A stretch of 63,977 nucleotides of DNA, the filler included, from Octopus bimaculoides (Eukaryota): the NCBI RefSeq assembly GCF_001194135.2. It is 5 parts of 4 records of this genome, joined end to end, with 100 filler letters (N's around TTAATTAATTAA, not from the genome) between each part and the next. Parts side by side here need not be neighbours in the genome. Positions count along the whole stretch, not along the records: positions 1 to 31,585 come from NC_068997.1; 4 more parts are not named here. The stretch is one strand, 5' to 3'. Position numbers and translations under genes: made by a program. The notes beneath the pieces are model-generated. The model saw only the letters and a list, made by a program, of their open reading frames with translations, made no database searches and had not been told where the DNA came from. Below are positions 1 through 13,315 of this stretch, piece after piece; position 1 is the first letter of the stretch, and every line of letters starts with the position of its first letter.

Positions 1-232
1 TGTGTGTGTGTGTTTGTGTGTCTGTGTTTGTCCCCCCAACATCGCTTGACAACCAATGCTGGTGTGTTTACGTCCCCGTTACTTAGTGGTTCGGCAAAAA
101 GAGACCGATAGAATAAGTACTAGGCTTACAAAGAATAAGTCCTGGGGTCGATTTGCTCAACTAAAGGCGGTGCTCCAGCATGGCCGCAGTCAAATGACTG
201 AAACAAGTAAAAGAGAGTAAAAGAGAGAATAC
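1..232 (+). mobile_element. SINE family A, 3' half
   Basis: Nearly identical to 23905-24115. Confidence 0.9.
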
Positions 233-659
233 GTGTGTGTATGTACATATATATGCGATTGTTTGTATACATATACAAACAGGCATTGGCATGTGTGGTT
301 GAGAAACTCTTCTACAATATCTGTTGTCCAACCAAAAGCTTTGTGAGTGGAAATTAGTCCCATTGTAAATATTTGCGTGCGTGCATGTGTGTATGCACAA
401 GTGTGGAAAAAATATAGCAGCTATTGTACTTTTTCCATACCCGCCATCTCTGATGAGCATGATGTATTACATAACCAAACTGTTGCCTAATATCCAATCT
501 TCTAATACCAAATGCGAACTGAATGGGTAAGATTAGCTGAAATGGATCTATAATACTTTAGACTTTGGTTAATATACCCACTCTATTGACAAACATACAA
601 TGTATATTTTTTCTGACTTTTGGCTTCTTTGCAGATAAAATAAATCTTCTTTTCTGTCA

Positions 660-817
660 TGTTGTTCAATAAAACCACCTTCAGCTTCAATAACTGCTTC
701 TATATGAGATCTAAATAATCTTCATGCTCAAATCAAGTTTGAATCCTGATTCATTTTGGACATTACTCTGACTATGGTGGTCTTCAAAGAATTTTTGGTG
801 TTATGAATATATTCACT

Positions 818-853
<36 letters not shown>

Positions 854-1823
854 AATAGGGTTCCACACATAATTGAGATTTGGGGAATTAGGAGGTTATA
901 TATATAATGTTAGGGGTTATATGATCATGAAAATTTTCAGCCATCCATTCCTGCATTACTTGAGCCTTGTGTGATAGTGCAGAGTCTTGCTAATACACAT
1001 ATGGCCTTCCATTAATAAACTGTCTACCCTGGGCTTAACAACTGTTACTAGGATTTCAATGTACATATCAGAGTTAACTCTAAGGCTTTGTGGAAAGAAG
1101 GAAGGAGGCATCACATCTCCTTCATTACTGACAACCCCTAAAACCATGACAGTTGCAGGAAATGTTGTATGCATAACCTTTCAAACTTCAGAATGGTCTG
1201 CTCATAACCATTTGTCATTTCTTCTGTTAACTTACTAACGTTGGTCAAAGCTTCTCTTGTCTGAGAAAAACCAAATCAAATCTTCTTCTGCTGGATTTTT
1301 CAGTTTGTTTGAGAGCCTTTTAGATCTGATGTAGCGATTTTCTTTCGCTTTTTCTGACAGATTGACCTTTCCTCGTCATATAAGACATATCTGATGTCTT
1401 CATGGACAACATTTCTGACTGTTCCGTCTGTTATATGGAGATCTTTTACACTTGACCTCATGGATTTTCTGGGATTGTAATCAATGGTCTCTTGAACTTG
1501 CTGGATAAATTCAGGTGTTCTGATGATTTCAGAGCATTTAGAATGCTTTTCACACTTTGATACTGAGAATACATAGTCATCTTCACTCTCTAACTCCTTA
1601 CAAACTTTGTAGGCGAAAGATCTAGCAACTTTTAAAAATCAAGATATTTCTAATTTGCTGTGCTCAGCCTTTTTGAACCACAATAACAACATGTCTCTTC
1701 GTTTCTTGTGTAAGCTGAGGATCTGCCATTATTATTTTCTGAAACAAAGATTATACAGTGTTAGCAAATAATGCAGCAATGACCAAAAACAAGTATGTCC
1801 TCAAATATCTTACACACTCTGCA
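660..1823 (-). mobile_element. Degraded maT-like (DD37D) Tc1/mariner-superfamily transposon; transposase pseudogene about 665-1729
   Basis: Broken frames reconstruct MADPQLTQETKRH...IIRTPEFIQQVQETID...LIWFFSD...FPATVMVLGVVSNEGDVMPP...QDSA...QEWMAENFHDHITPN..PPNSP.LN..YVW...IEAVIEAEGGFIE. It has many stops and frameshifts and a (TC)n insertion at 820-852. The third Asp is deleted, so the 37 spacing is inferred. TIRs were not resolved. Confidence 0.85.
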
Positions 1824-3544
1824 TATGGTTGCAGATATGGCTAAGTGGTTAAGAAGCTTGCTCCATAATCATGAAGTCCGAGGTTCAATTCTACCATGTG
1901 GCATCCTAAGCCTTTGTCATTTACCAATATCATAGACTAACAAATGCTATGTAAAGAAAACTAGATCTTTGGAAACAATGTAGAATCTCATCGGAGAGAT
2001 CATAACCATAATTCAAAGGATCAACTTTTTCTCACACTGTACCCTAATACTATCCAAGAATAATGGTAAGAGCATACATTTCTGTGGACTACTCAGCCAC
2101 TAATATGCTAATTGAAAGATTTGGTAATTTAGTTAATCAAACCACCAAAATACACATTGTCAAGGTTGGTAAATATCCATTTACTTTTTGTATTTGTGAG
2201 TGTGTGTGTACATGGGTGTGTGTGTGCATGTCTGCATGTTTCTTTGTCTGTGTGTGTCTGTGTATGTGTGAGAGTGTCTGTGTGTGTTTGTATGTGTGTG
2301 TGCATGCATGTGCAAGTGTGTGTGTGATACATAGCGTTTGAAATGTGACAATGGATTCCGCATGATAGATAATGCGGTCTCATTGAGAAAATAAGTCTGA
2401 ATTATAAATCCGATGCCAAAAAAGGTCAAAGAGTGATCCTCTCCTACTAATATGTATGTGTGTGTATATATATACACATATATGTGTATACACATACACA
2501 CATATATATTTATACACACACATAGATACAGAGAGACACACACACACACATGTATGTATGTATATATATATATATATATAAATATATATGAAGGTATGCT
2601 TGCACCCTTTTATGTATGTTTGTGTAAATGTATTATTTTGTGTTTGTGTGTGTTTTCACCAAAGAGATAAATAAGTATAGAAAAAAAAAACAAATACAAA
2701 AACCAGTCACTTCCCATTGCTCCTAAGCTAAGTCTTTTAGAGACACAAAATAAATTGTACCAATGAGAAGGAAAAAGAAGAAAAAGAAAAAGAAGAAAAA
2801 GAACAAGAAGAAAAAGAAAAAGAAGAAAAAGAAAAAGAAAAGAAAAGAAAATGAGGAATGAAATCATTTTCAGAAAATGCCAAAGGGAGTCAAAAATTGT
2901 ATTGATACCAGTATGGAATCAGACGACCAATTCAGTAGACTGGATTACNNNNNNNNNNNNNNNNNNNNNNNNNNNNNNNNNNNNNNNNNNNNNNNNNNNN
3001 NNNNNNNNNNNNNNNNNNNNNNNNNNNNNNNNNNNNNNNNNNNNNNNNNNNNNNNNNNNNNNNNNNNNNNNNNNNNNNNNNNNNNNNNNNNNNNNNNNNN
3101 NNNNNNNNNNNNNNNNNNNNNNNNNNNNNNNNNNNNNNNNNNNNNNNNNNNNNNNNNNNNNNNNNNNNNNNNNNNNNNNNNNNNNNNNNNNNNNNNNNNN
3201 NNNNNNNNNNNNNNNNNNNNNNNNNNNGGTGGTGGTGGAGGTGAGGGTGTTGGCGGTGGTTGCAATTGTAATGGCAGCAATGGTGGTGGTGTTGGCGGTG
3301 GAGGCAGTGGCGGCAGCAGTGGTGGTGGCAATTAATTGGGATGATACTGGGTGTGAAATATATTACTAAGTTTTCTGGTTTCTGGGAATGTGTCACTTTT
3401 GGAAAGAAAAAAAGTGTAGGAACACTAATCATGTGTCAGTAATTTCATTCTGGATGTGTTGTAGTGCCATTGACATTCTGTCTTGATATTCATCATCACC
3501 ATCACTGTCATCATCATCATCACCACTACCTCCACCACCACCAC

Positions 3545-3730
3545 CATCAGGTGCCTTGGGGAAATCTTGAACCTGGGTTCTCATTCCTAAGGTATTTTTC
3601 GATATCATTATTATTATTATTCAGGTCACTGCCTGGAATTGAACTCGGAATCTTGGGGTTAGTAGCCCTCGCTCTTAACCACTACACCATATGCCCATGG
3701 GCAATTAGTGAGTGAATTTTAGGGCTTATA
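3545..3730 (-). mobile_element. Inverted copy of the same tRNA-headed element, truncated inside the CTGATG core
   Basis: Reverse complement of 3768-3983, with A box TGGTGTAGTGG and B box GAGTTCAATTCC. Confidence 0.75.
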
Positions 3731-3767
3731 GATCTAATATTTTCTTATCTTTCCAATATGCTACTCA

Positions 3768-3870
3768 TATGCCCTAAAATTCACTCCATAACTGCCCATG
3801 GGCATATGGCATAGTGGTTAAGAGGGTGGGCTACTAACCCCAAGATTCCGAGTTCAGTTCCAGGCAGTGA

Positions 3871-3926
<56 letters not shown>

Positions 3927-4075
3927 TAGAAAAATACCTTCAGAATGAAAACCCAGGTTCGAAATTTCCCCAAGACACCTGATGAAGGCTGGAGGGTATA
4001 TCAGCTGAAATGTTGTGTTAACAACAAACAAGATGACAAATATCCATCAAATATAAATAATGTAAATAATGTACA
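3768..4075 (+). mobile_element. tRNA-headed SINE with (AAT)n and a 3' hammerhead-like motif
   Basis: A box TGGCATAGTGG, B box GAGTTCAGTTCC, (AAT)n, then GACAC-CTGATGA-A-GGCTG(GAGGGTATAT)CAGCT-GAAA-TG-TT^GTGTT at 3974-4019. Confidence 0.75.
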
Positions 4076-5075
4076 TTGTATCATGTTGTCACATTATTTG
4101 AAATGTTATCTCACAGCCTAAACGGCACAGGTATGCAAGTCTAGAAGACCCTGATATTGTCAATAATGCAACACCTAAATTAATCTTTTCAGTATCAAAG
4201 CATCATGTCATTTTTTAAGAATTCAATTAGATATTAAAATATCATTTTGAATGTGGAAATATTATTCTTTTTATCAATAATAACATTTTGATATCATAAT
4301 AACCATATTCATTATCAATAAACCAACTTTGATATTAAAATTCCATCAGCAGTATCAAAATATTTTCAGTAGTATATTCTTTGTTATAAGCACCATTTTC
4401 AACATAATATAACCATCTTCAATATCAAATAACAATATCCATATCATATAACATCTTTGATATCAAAATAATATTTTCATACCATTTTCAATATCATAGT
4501 ATCACCATCATTATCAAATTACCATCTGCATTTCATATATCATTCATGATATCAAAAATGCTATCTAGAATATTGAAATGCTATCCTTGCTATCATATTG
4601 CTATTTTCAATATCATAGTATCATCATTAATATAGAATTACCATATGCATATCATATGCTATCTTGGGTACATAACATCTACAGAATCAAAACACAATTT
4701 TGTATATTATATCACCATTTTCGGTATCATAATACTATTTTCAGTATCGAGTATCCTACAGCCTTTTTGGCATCGATAACAGTGATATCAACTGAAAACA
4801 GATAAAAATTGATGTATAATCACTCTACTTATCCCTAAGTGCGTTGAATATCATATTATTGTGATATTACAGTGATAACAAACAAACAATAATGACAATA
4901 AAAACAATCGTAATGACAATAATAACAACAAAAAACACCACAGTAAATTACAGTAACAAACACAAAAAGAACAGCAGCTTTATATAACTTCATCATATTA
5001 GTCATCGTTAACCATCATCTTCGTTATCATCGGCATTAGCATTGACATCACCATCTTCTTCATCACCTTCACTAT

Positions 5076-5134
<59 letters not shown>

Positions 5135-5580
5135 TTCGTCTTCATTGACACCATCGTCATTACCATCAACCCTCTCAAATCATCGTCATCATCCTCATCA
5201 TAATCGTCGTTGTCGTCGTCATCACACCACACTGCTACCATCATCACCGCCACCACCACCACCAGAACCACCACCACNNNNNNNNNNNNNNNNNNNNNNN
5301 NNNNNNNNNNNNNNNNNNNNNNNNNNNNNNNNNNNNNNNNNNNNNNNNNNNNNNNNNNNNNNNNNNNNNNNNNNNNNNNNNNNNNNNNNNNNNNNNNNNN
5401 NNNNNNNNNNNNNNNNNNNNNNNNNNNNNNTATATATATTTATATATATATATTTATATATGTATGCATGCATGTATGTATATATGTGTGTATGCATATA
5501 TATATAGGAAGATAGATATATATATTTGTACAAGTATATTAATGTATGAATGTTTCTATGTATCTATGTATATATGTATG

Positions 5581-5613
<33 letters not shown>

Positions 5614-5718
5614 CCATATGTATGTTTGTATGTAGGTATGTATATGTGTGTACAACATATTGAGGTGTGCATGTATCTATATATTTATGTGTGTGTGTCT
5701 GTGCATAATATATACATT

Positions 5719-5760
<42 letters not shown>

Positions 5761-6503
5761 CATACATGTGCACATATACATACACAAACACACACATATA
5801 CATATGTAGGTATAACATACGTCCTATTATACTCATATATAATACATACATACATAGTACAATACATATACATACATACACATACAAACACACACAACAT
5901 AACATAACATTACCATAAAGAGGAAAAAACACAAAAACAAATAAAACAAACCAAAGAAAAAATTTCTACAAGAATCAAATGAAAGTTTTTCATGTTCATT
6001 AACTATATAAACAGAGCACAACTTTTGGTATCACCGAAGTTACCGTTCCGTCAGTAAAAGACCAGCGTTAGCATTATAAGGAACAATGTGCGTATTTACA
6101 GCATAATTGCGTCTTAATGGAAAAACTGACTGCAGATAAGTTCCAAGCCGAAAATCTATAACGAGGTTACCACTAAAAGCTACGACTAAATTAACAAAAT
6201 TAAATGGTTGCATGAACACTAGAAGAATTTTGGTAGTTCCAGCAAATTGGCTGGAAAAATATTTCACCAAGAAGTTCATTTATATATTTATTTGATTGTT
6301 TTTGCTTTATTTTATACTTAGAGACAAAAAATGTCAACATACAAACATGCATATATAGAGACATATGTGTATGTATGCATATATGTATGTATGTATGTAA
6401 GTATGTATGTATGTATGTGTGTCTGTATATATGTGTGTATGTGTGTATGTATATGCAGCTCAATAGACACACATGTATGCATATATATGTATGCATGTGT
6501 ATT

Positions 6504-6566
<63 letters not shown>

Positions 6567-6575
6567 ATATATGTA

Positions 6576-6664
<89 letters not shown>

Positions 6665-6866
6665 GTATGTATGGATGTATGTATATCTTTATGTGTGTAT
6701 ATGTGATACATATGTATAATACAGATACACACATATATATATATGAATAAAACTGAATAAAATCTTGAATCTGTTAATTATTTTTCAAGGGGTTTGAATC
6801 AATGTTGTCAAGAAGAAAATTAGAAAACGATGGTGATAATAAAGATAATAACTACACCAGCGTTAA

Positions 6867-7320
<454 letters not shown>

Positions 7321-8464
7321 AATAAAGAGGAGGGAGTGGGAGTGAAAATGACGAGGATGGTGATGATATAAGAATGATGTCAAATAAATACATAGATGAA
7401 TTACTGTAAAAACTCGTTCACACAAATGAATCGACAACAACAAGAACAAGAACGACAAAATAAATAAATGCAAAAATGAAACGAAATTAAATAAGCAAAA
7501 ACAAAGCAAGTCAATAAATTCGAAAGAGAGGGAGGGGGAAGGTGAGGCAGAAGGGTAGAGAAAGAAAGAAAGGAGTCAAAAACCAATGTATGTCACTTGT
7601 GTATTATTGGTTTCTGAACGAAGAGTGCAGACTGGAATAATTCTACATATGCTATCATAAATCTGATTGTCTGTTTGATGAGACATTCAAGCTGTAGGAG
7701 ACGTTAGTAATTTAGTTGCTCCTCTCAGTACCCAAATAAGCAATGAATAACTCATTAGATACGTAATTAGGCAATCACATTGAACAACGACAACAATAAT
7801 AGTACAAACAACAACAAGAACGACAACAACAATAAAACAACAAGAACAACAACAGCAAAAAAAAAATGAATAAAACAAATTAGTAATAATTATGGATGCA
7901 GACAATTAAGAATTACGAATATTACGAATGTTCTCGTTGGGTCATTCCGAGACACCATTGATGACAAATCTGTATCCAACATTAATTTGATGTTGCCCTC
8001 CTCACCAGTCCTTCCTGCCCCTGTGACAATTGCATCCTCTCTTCAGTGCAGAGCACCAGCAACAACTATTTTTTTTTTTAGATTCGTCTGAGGGAAGGAC
8101 GAAAGATGGAAGAGAGAGAGGAATCTATCTGGAAGTTGGTGACCTGATCCAAATGCTTACAATGGGTTGTATTCCATCTGCTGAAGAGAATCCCCCCCCC
8201 TCCGTCCGAATGCCAGGTAGGGGAGTTTAACCATGAGATGGATTTAATTCTATGACATTCAGTATTAACTCCATCCCATCATGTTCCTGGTATTGCTAGA
8301 TAAGCTTAAATGTCACCACTGCCAGATTCCCGCTAAAGTGCTAACGAGGAATACACCAAGGAAAGAAAAACAAACGACTAAAATTAGACAACATGATCAT
8401 GTTGTAACTTTTGTGGTCAAGTTTGTTTATGACTCATTGCTGATGGGGTCCCCAGAAGCTGTTT

Positions 8465-8705
8465 CTTATATTTCTTTTACTTGTTTCAGTCATTTGACTG
8501 CGGCCACGCTGGAGCACCACCTTAAGTCAAACAAATCTACCCCAGGACTTATTTTTTGTAAGCCTTGTACTTATTCTATTAGTCTCTTTTGCCGAACCAC
8601 TAAGTTACATAGATGTGAACATACCAATATCAGTTGTCAAGCGATGGTGGGGGGAAAATACAGACATACAAATACATGCAAATACATACATATACATACA
8701 TATAC

Positions 8706-8738
<33 letters not shown>

Positions 8739-9010
8739 NNNNNNNNNNNNNNNNNNNNNNNNNNNNNNNNNNNNNNNNNNNNNNNNNNNNNNNNNNNNNN
8801 NNNNNNNNNNNNNNNNNNNNNNNNNNNNNNNNNNNNNNNNNNNNNNNNNNNNNNNNNNNNNNNNNNNNNNNATATATGCATACATACAACGGTCTTCTTT
8901 CAGTTTCCATCTACCAAATCTACTCACAAGGCTTTGGTTGGCCTAAGCCGATAGTAGAAGACACCTGGCCAAGGTGCTACACAGTGGGACTGAACCTGGA
9001 AAAACCATGT
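8465..9010 (-). mobile_element. SINE family A, spanning a gap
   Basis: Reverse complement of the family A head and tail on either side of the N run. Confidence 0.85.
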
Positions 9011-11029
9011 AGTTGGGAAGCAAGCTTCTTTATTCCATATATATTGGCCATTAAGGCCTTACAAAGAGGGGACAAAGACAGACAGACATAAAGAAGCTGT
9101 GGGCTGGACACAGACATTGATGAGATGAAGGGGATAACAAAAAGGATGGAATAGAAATGGGAGGGGCTTACAAAGAATAAGTCATGGGGTCAATATTGTT
9201 GACTGAAATAAAAAAAAAACCTTTAAGGTCGTGCTCCAGTATGACCACAGTCAAAATGACTGAAACATGTCTGAGGAGCTTTCATCTGTTTTCTGTCTGC
9301 CTAATTTCACTCACAAATAGGAGAAGTAACTATACTAGATACTCTTACACGTGAAAAAAAAGGACTCAATACATTCAATCAAGTGCGTTTTTTTGTGGAT
9401 ACAGAAAAGTTCAAAACCTCACTCTGACTTACAGATTCATTTTGGACAAGAATCTTTAGGCTGTGAAATAATAGATGGTAATGCATTTTTATAGGATACA
9501 GAGTAAGACATGGTGTGTCTGTGTGATGCGGATGTTGATTCTGTGCAATGGTTGTTTATTTAGAAGTAATTTTTTTTGCATGGGGTCATGTGGCTGTATG
9601 TGAGTTTGTGTTGAAGAGTTTGTGTGGTGATGAGTTTTGTATTTGTATTGGCTAAAAAGAAAACAAACATTAAATAGGATAATTAAATGTTGTATAAATT
9701 ATCTAATTTTGAGCAGTACCAAAAAATTACACACGCACATATATGAATTTACATTTTTGTGAATGTGTATATATGTATGTATAACTATACATGCAAATAT
9801 GCACATACACACACACACAATGCATACACACACATATACATATATATATGTGTGTGTGTGTGTATGTGTATGTATGTATATATGTAGATATAAGCATATA
9901 TATATATATATANNNNNNNNNNNNNNNNNNNNNNNNNNNNNNNNNNNNNNNNNNNNNNNNNNNNNNNNNNNNNNNNNNNNNNNNNNNNNNNNNNNNNNNN
10001 NNNNNNNNNNNNNNNNNNNNNNNNNNNNNNNNNNNNNNNNNNNNNNNNNNNNNNNNNNNNNNNNNNNNNNNNNNNNNNNNNNNNNNNNNNNNNNNNNNNN
10101 NNNNNNNNNNNNNNNNNNNNNNNNNNNNNNNNNNNNNNNNNNNNNNNNNNNNNNNNNNNNNNNNNNNNNNNNNNNNNNNNNNNNNNNNNNNNNNNNNNNN
10201 NNNNNNNNNNNNNNNNNNNNNNNNNNNNNNNNNNNNNNNNNNNNNNNNNNNNNNNNNNNNNNNNNNNNNNNNNNNNNNNNNNNNNNNNNNNNNNNNNTGT
10301 GTGTGTGTATGTATGTGTGTATGTATGTATGTATGCATGCATGCATGCATGTATGTATGTATGCATGTATGTACATAAATTCATACATATTACACATACA
10401 AAACATATAGACAGTTCTTCAAAGAAACAAGTGACAAACAAACAATAATATCCACCACCACCACCACCACCACCACCACCAATGCCAATAACGATAACAA
10501 CAACAACAATAACAGCACAAATGTCAAAACAAAACAAAAAAACATAAAAATGATTATTAAAAAAAAGCAGCAAAACCAAAAATCAAAATAAGTATAAAAA
10601 AAAAAGCAAACAAGCGAACAAACAAAAAATATATATAAAATAAATTACAAAAATACATTTGGTTAGAATGAAGCAAAAGTTGTTAAACAGTGCACTAAAG
10701 CAATCCCCCGCTGGTCCTGCATATCTGTACTTGTTTCTCTCCTCCTAATGCAACACTGAATACAGTTTTATGGTTTAAGTTGCACAGTATGAGACATTTC
10801 AACAAAATTCTTCATCAATTCATTCATTATGAACAATTAAAGAAATCAATAAGCGAGAATTAATTTCCATAATTCCATCTCTAATAACAAATAATCTGAA
10901 TGTAATATAAGGGAGTTTGTTTTTTTTTCATTTTTTTTATATATATATATATATATATGTGATATGTGTGTGTGTGTGTGTGTGTGCGTACTTGTAGTTT
11001 GTGGTTTGTGGTTTGTGTANNNNNNNNNN

Positions 11030-11075
<46 letters not shown>

Positions 11076-11269
11076 CATGTGTGTATGCATCTTCGTGTCT
11101 GTGTACATATATATAGTTTCATACACACATACACATGCACACACACATATATAATAATAGTAATAATAATAAATTTCCAGTTAGTTTGTTCATAATAATG
11201 GTCTGACATGTGTTTCAATTGCACTAACTGTATATCCACCTGGATATTATGTCCCCCCCCCCCACTTAC

Positions 11270-12335
11270 TGTATTTTGTGATGAAAGTCACAACGCCCCC
11301 TTGCAAGGAATAGACTTGACCAAGTAATTATAAATAGTAGCAGTGGGAGTGAAGTTTGTGGGTTGAATTTGCAGTGAAGTTGGAAGGTTAGTTCATCTGG
11401 AATATTGATCGTTGGTTTGTGAAGGGATTGTTGGATCATTACATTGTTGTTACGGCTGCATCATTATCTTGTTTATTTTCACTGCACTGGTGCAGTGTGT
11501 ATCAAAATCATCCATCACAGTATCGTGGTGGTACGACAATGCTGGAGTCAGAGGATACAACGATGAGGGTTTTGAAGCTCACGTAGGTTATTTAACAATT
11601 TGTTCATGATACAATATGTTAAATGATGGAAAACCTGTTAGCATCTACAATACAGTTGCAAAAACAACAACAATAACAACAGTAACAGGAGTTGCAGAAG
11701 CAGCTAGTATAACAACAGCAACAACAACAACAATTATTGGAGCTATATGCAAAGAAGTCCGAAAATGCAGTAAGTTTGTTTCCATCAGATGGTGTATCGA
11801 ACTCCATAACAGAATTCTGTTATAATCCAAAGGAGGGTATAACTTCTGCAGCGTACTACAGAAGGTACGAGAAGATTTTAAGGAAGGTGGCAAGACATGG
11901 TTGGATGAAAAAAAAGTAAAGTTACTATTATGTAAATTAGTTCCGTCTGAGCATGAATGATACTGTAATTTCATATTGCCCAAAATGTCTAGTGAAATTT
12001 GTTTTCAGGAAACAATCAAATTACTGTCTAACATGTCTGGTGATAAAAGTTCTCTATATAACACTCGCATGGAGTGTTGGAATTTAACTAAAAAGGAGGA
12101 TGATGATTTTATTATGTATGCAGGAACAGTCAACAGAATGTGTGAAAGTTTTAAACTTAAAGAACTTACCCCTGAGATGTTTAAGTGCCTCATTTTTGTA
12201 CAAGGCCTTACAGCAAATGAAGATACAGAAATACATGCAAGAATTCTTTCAAATCTTGAGCAAGCGAACCAAGATTTAACCCTGCAGACTGTTGCAGAAG
12301 ACTGTCAAAGGATGGTAAACCAGAAACAAAATTGA
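11270..12335 (+). mobile_element. Ty3/Gypsy-like LTR retrotransposon 5' remnant: possible LTR and PBS, then decayed gag (about 11623-12335)
   Basis: Gln-rich N-terminus with CAA->TAA stops, then FPSDGVSNSITEFCYNPKEGIT.AAYYRRYE...KVKLLLCKL..SEHE*YCNFILPK..SEICFQET...FKCLIFVQGLTANED.EI.ARIL..LEQ...LTLQTVAEDCQR, recognised from memory as gypsy-type gag. TATAAATA lies near 11329 and ...CATCACA precedes TGGTGGTACGAC near 11527. The LTR limits are tentative. Confidence 0.7.
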
Positions 12336-12884
12336 TAGTGGGTATGGCTAGTAGTATTGTTGTGAGTGCTAGTGGTAGCGAGTTCTATTCATGGTCACAA
12401 TAGTGGCTGGGTAATAGTGATGATAGAGGTTGCATGGTGGTAGTGATGTAATGAGGCTGATGCTGGTACTGGTGATGTTGGTGTTACTGATAGTTTTATG
12501 GTATGGCAGTTACATTGGTGGAAATGCTGGCATTCATGGTGGGTAGATCATGGAATTAGTAGTAGTTGAGCAGTTCAAACGTTAGAAAAGTAACTCAAAG
12601 ACAGAGTTTCATGCATGAAATTAAAATGCTTGGCCATCGACTCTTTTGAGCAAGTAACTTCTAGTATAGCTTCAGGTGAGCAGATTGGATAGGCACATAC
12701 TGAAAGAAGCCCATCGTGTGTGTGTGTGCGTGTTTGTGTCTGTGTTTACCCCCCACCACCACCACCACCACTGCTCAACAACCAGTGTTGGTGTGTTTAT
12801 GTCCCTGTAACTTAGTAGTCTAACAAAAGAAAATGATAGAATGAGTATCAGACTGAACAGAAAAAGCAAGTGTTGTGTGTATGA

Positions 12885-13315
12885 AACGTATGGCCATGTA
12901 CTACTTCCCAAGGCCGTGTATGTTAGCAATCTGAAGAAAGATCAACTGTATGCAACGTCCTTCTTCCTAGGCAGGCTGCTTCTATGTGTATAGTGTAGGA
13001 AAGGGCTAGCAAGTTGGCTTCAGGACTGTGGGGATACATGGTTGTTCACGGAGATCCTATCTCGCTAAGGGATTCAATCCATCCATTGGAATATACAATT
13101 ATTTTCCGTCACCTACGTTGCAGAGCATGCAGAGCATGCAGATCTGAAGTGGGGTTGAATAATCATCAGAGAGGTCATAAATGTATGTATGGATGTATGT
13201 ATATCTTTATGTGTGTATATGTGATACATATGTATCACATTGTCAGAAATGCTATTGACAATGAGGAAGCTCAGAGAGGTGGTAATCATCTGCAAAGATG
13301 GAACAATTACAATAT
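12885..13315 (+). mobile_element. RTE-like LINE 3' remnant
   Basis: CRACRSEVGLNNHQRGH resembles the C-terminal C2H2-like motif. It is interrupted by a 55-bp insert at 13181-13235. Confidence 0.4.

Noticed and set aside
445-475. CTGATGAGCA motif
   Set aside because: No GAAA follows a stem II.
2874-3335. MPKGVKNCIDTSMESDDQFSRLDY...Gly-rich ORF
   Set aside because: It is mostly an N gap plus a (GGT)n low-complexity tract, with no recognisable homology.
3800-3875. tRNA gene candidates (also 23677, 26930-27005, 42310-42390)
   Set aside because: They have A and B boxes but no complete cloverleaf or acceptor stem, and they are fused to repeat bodies, so they are SINE heads.
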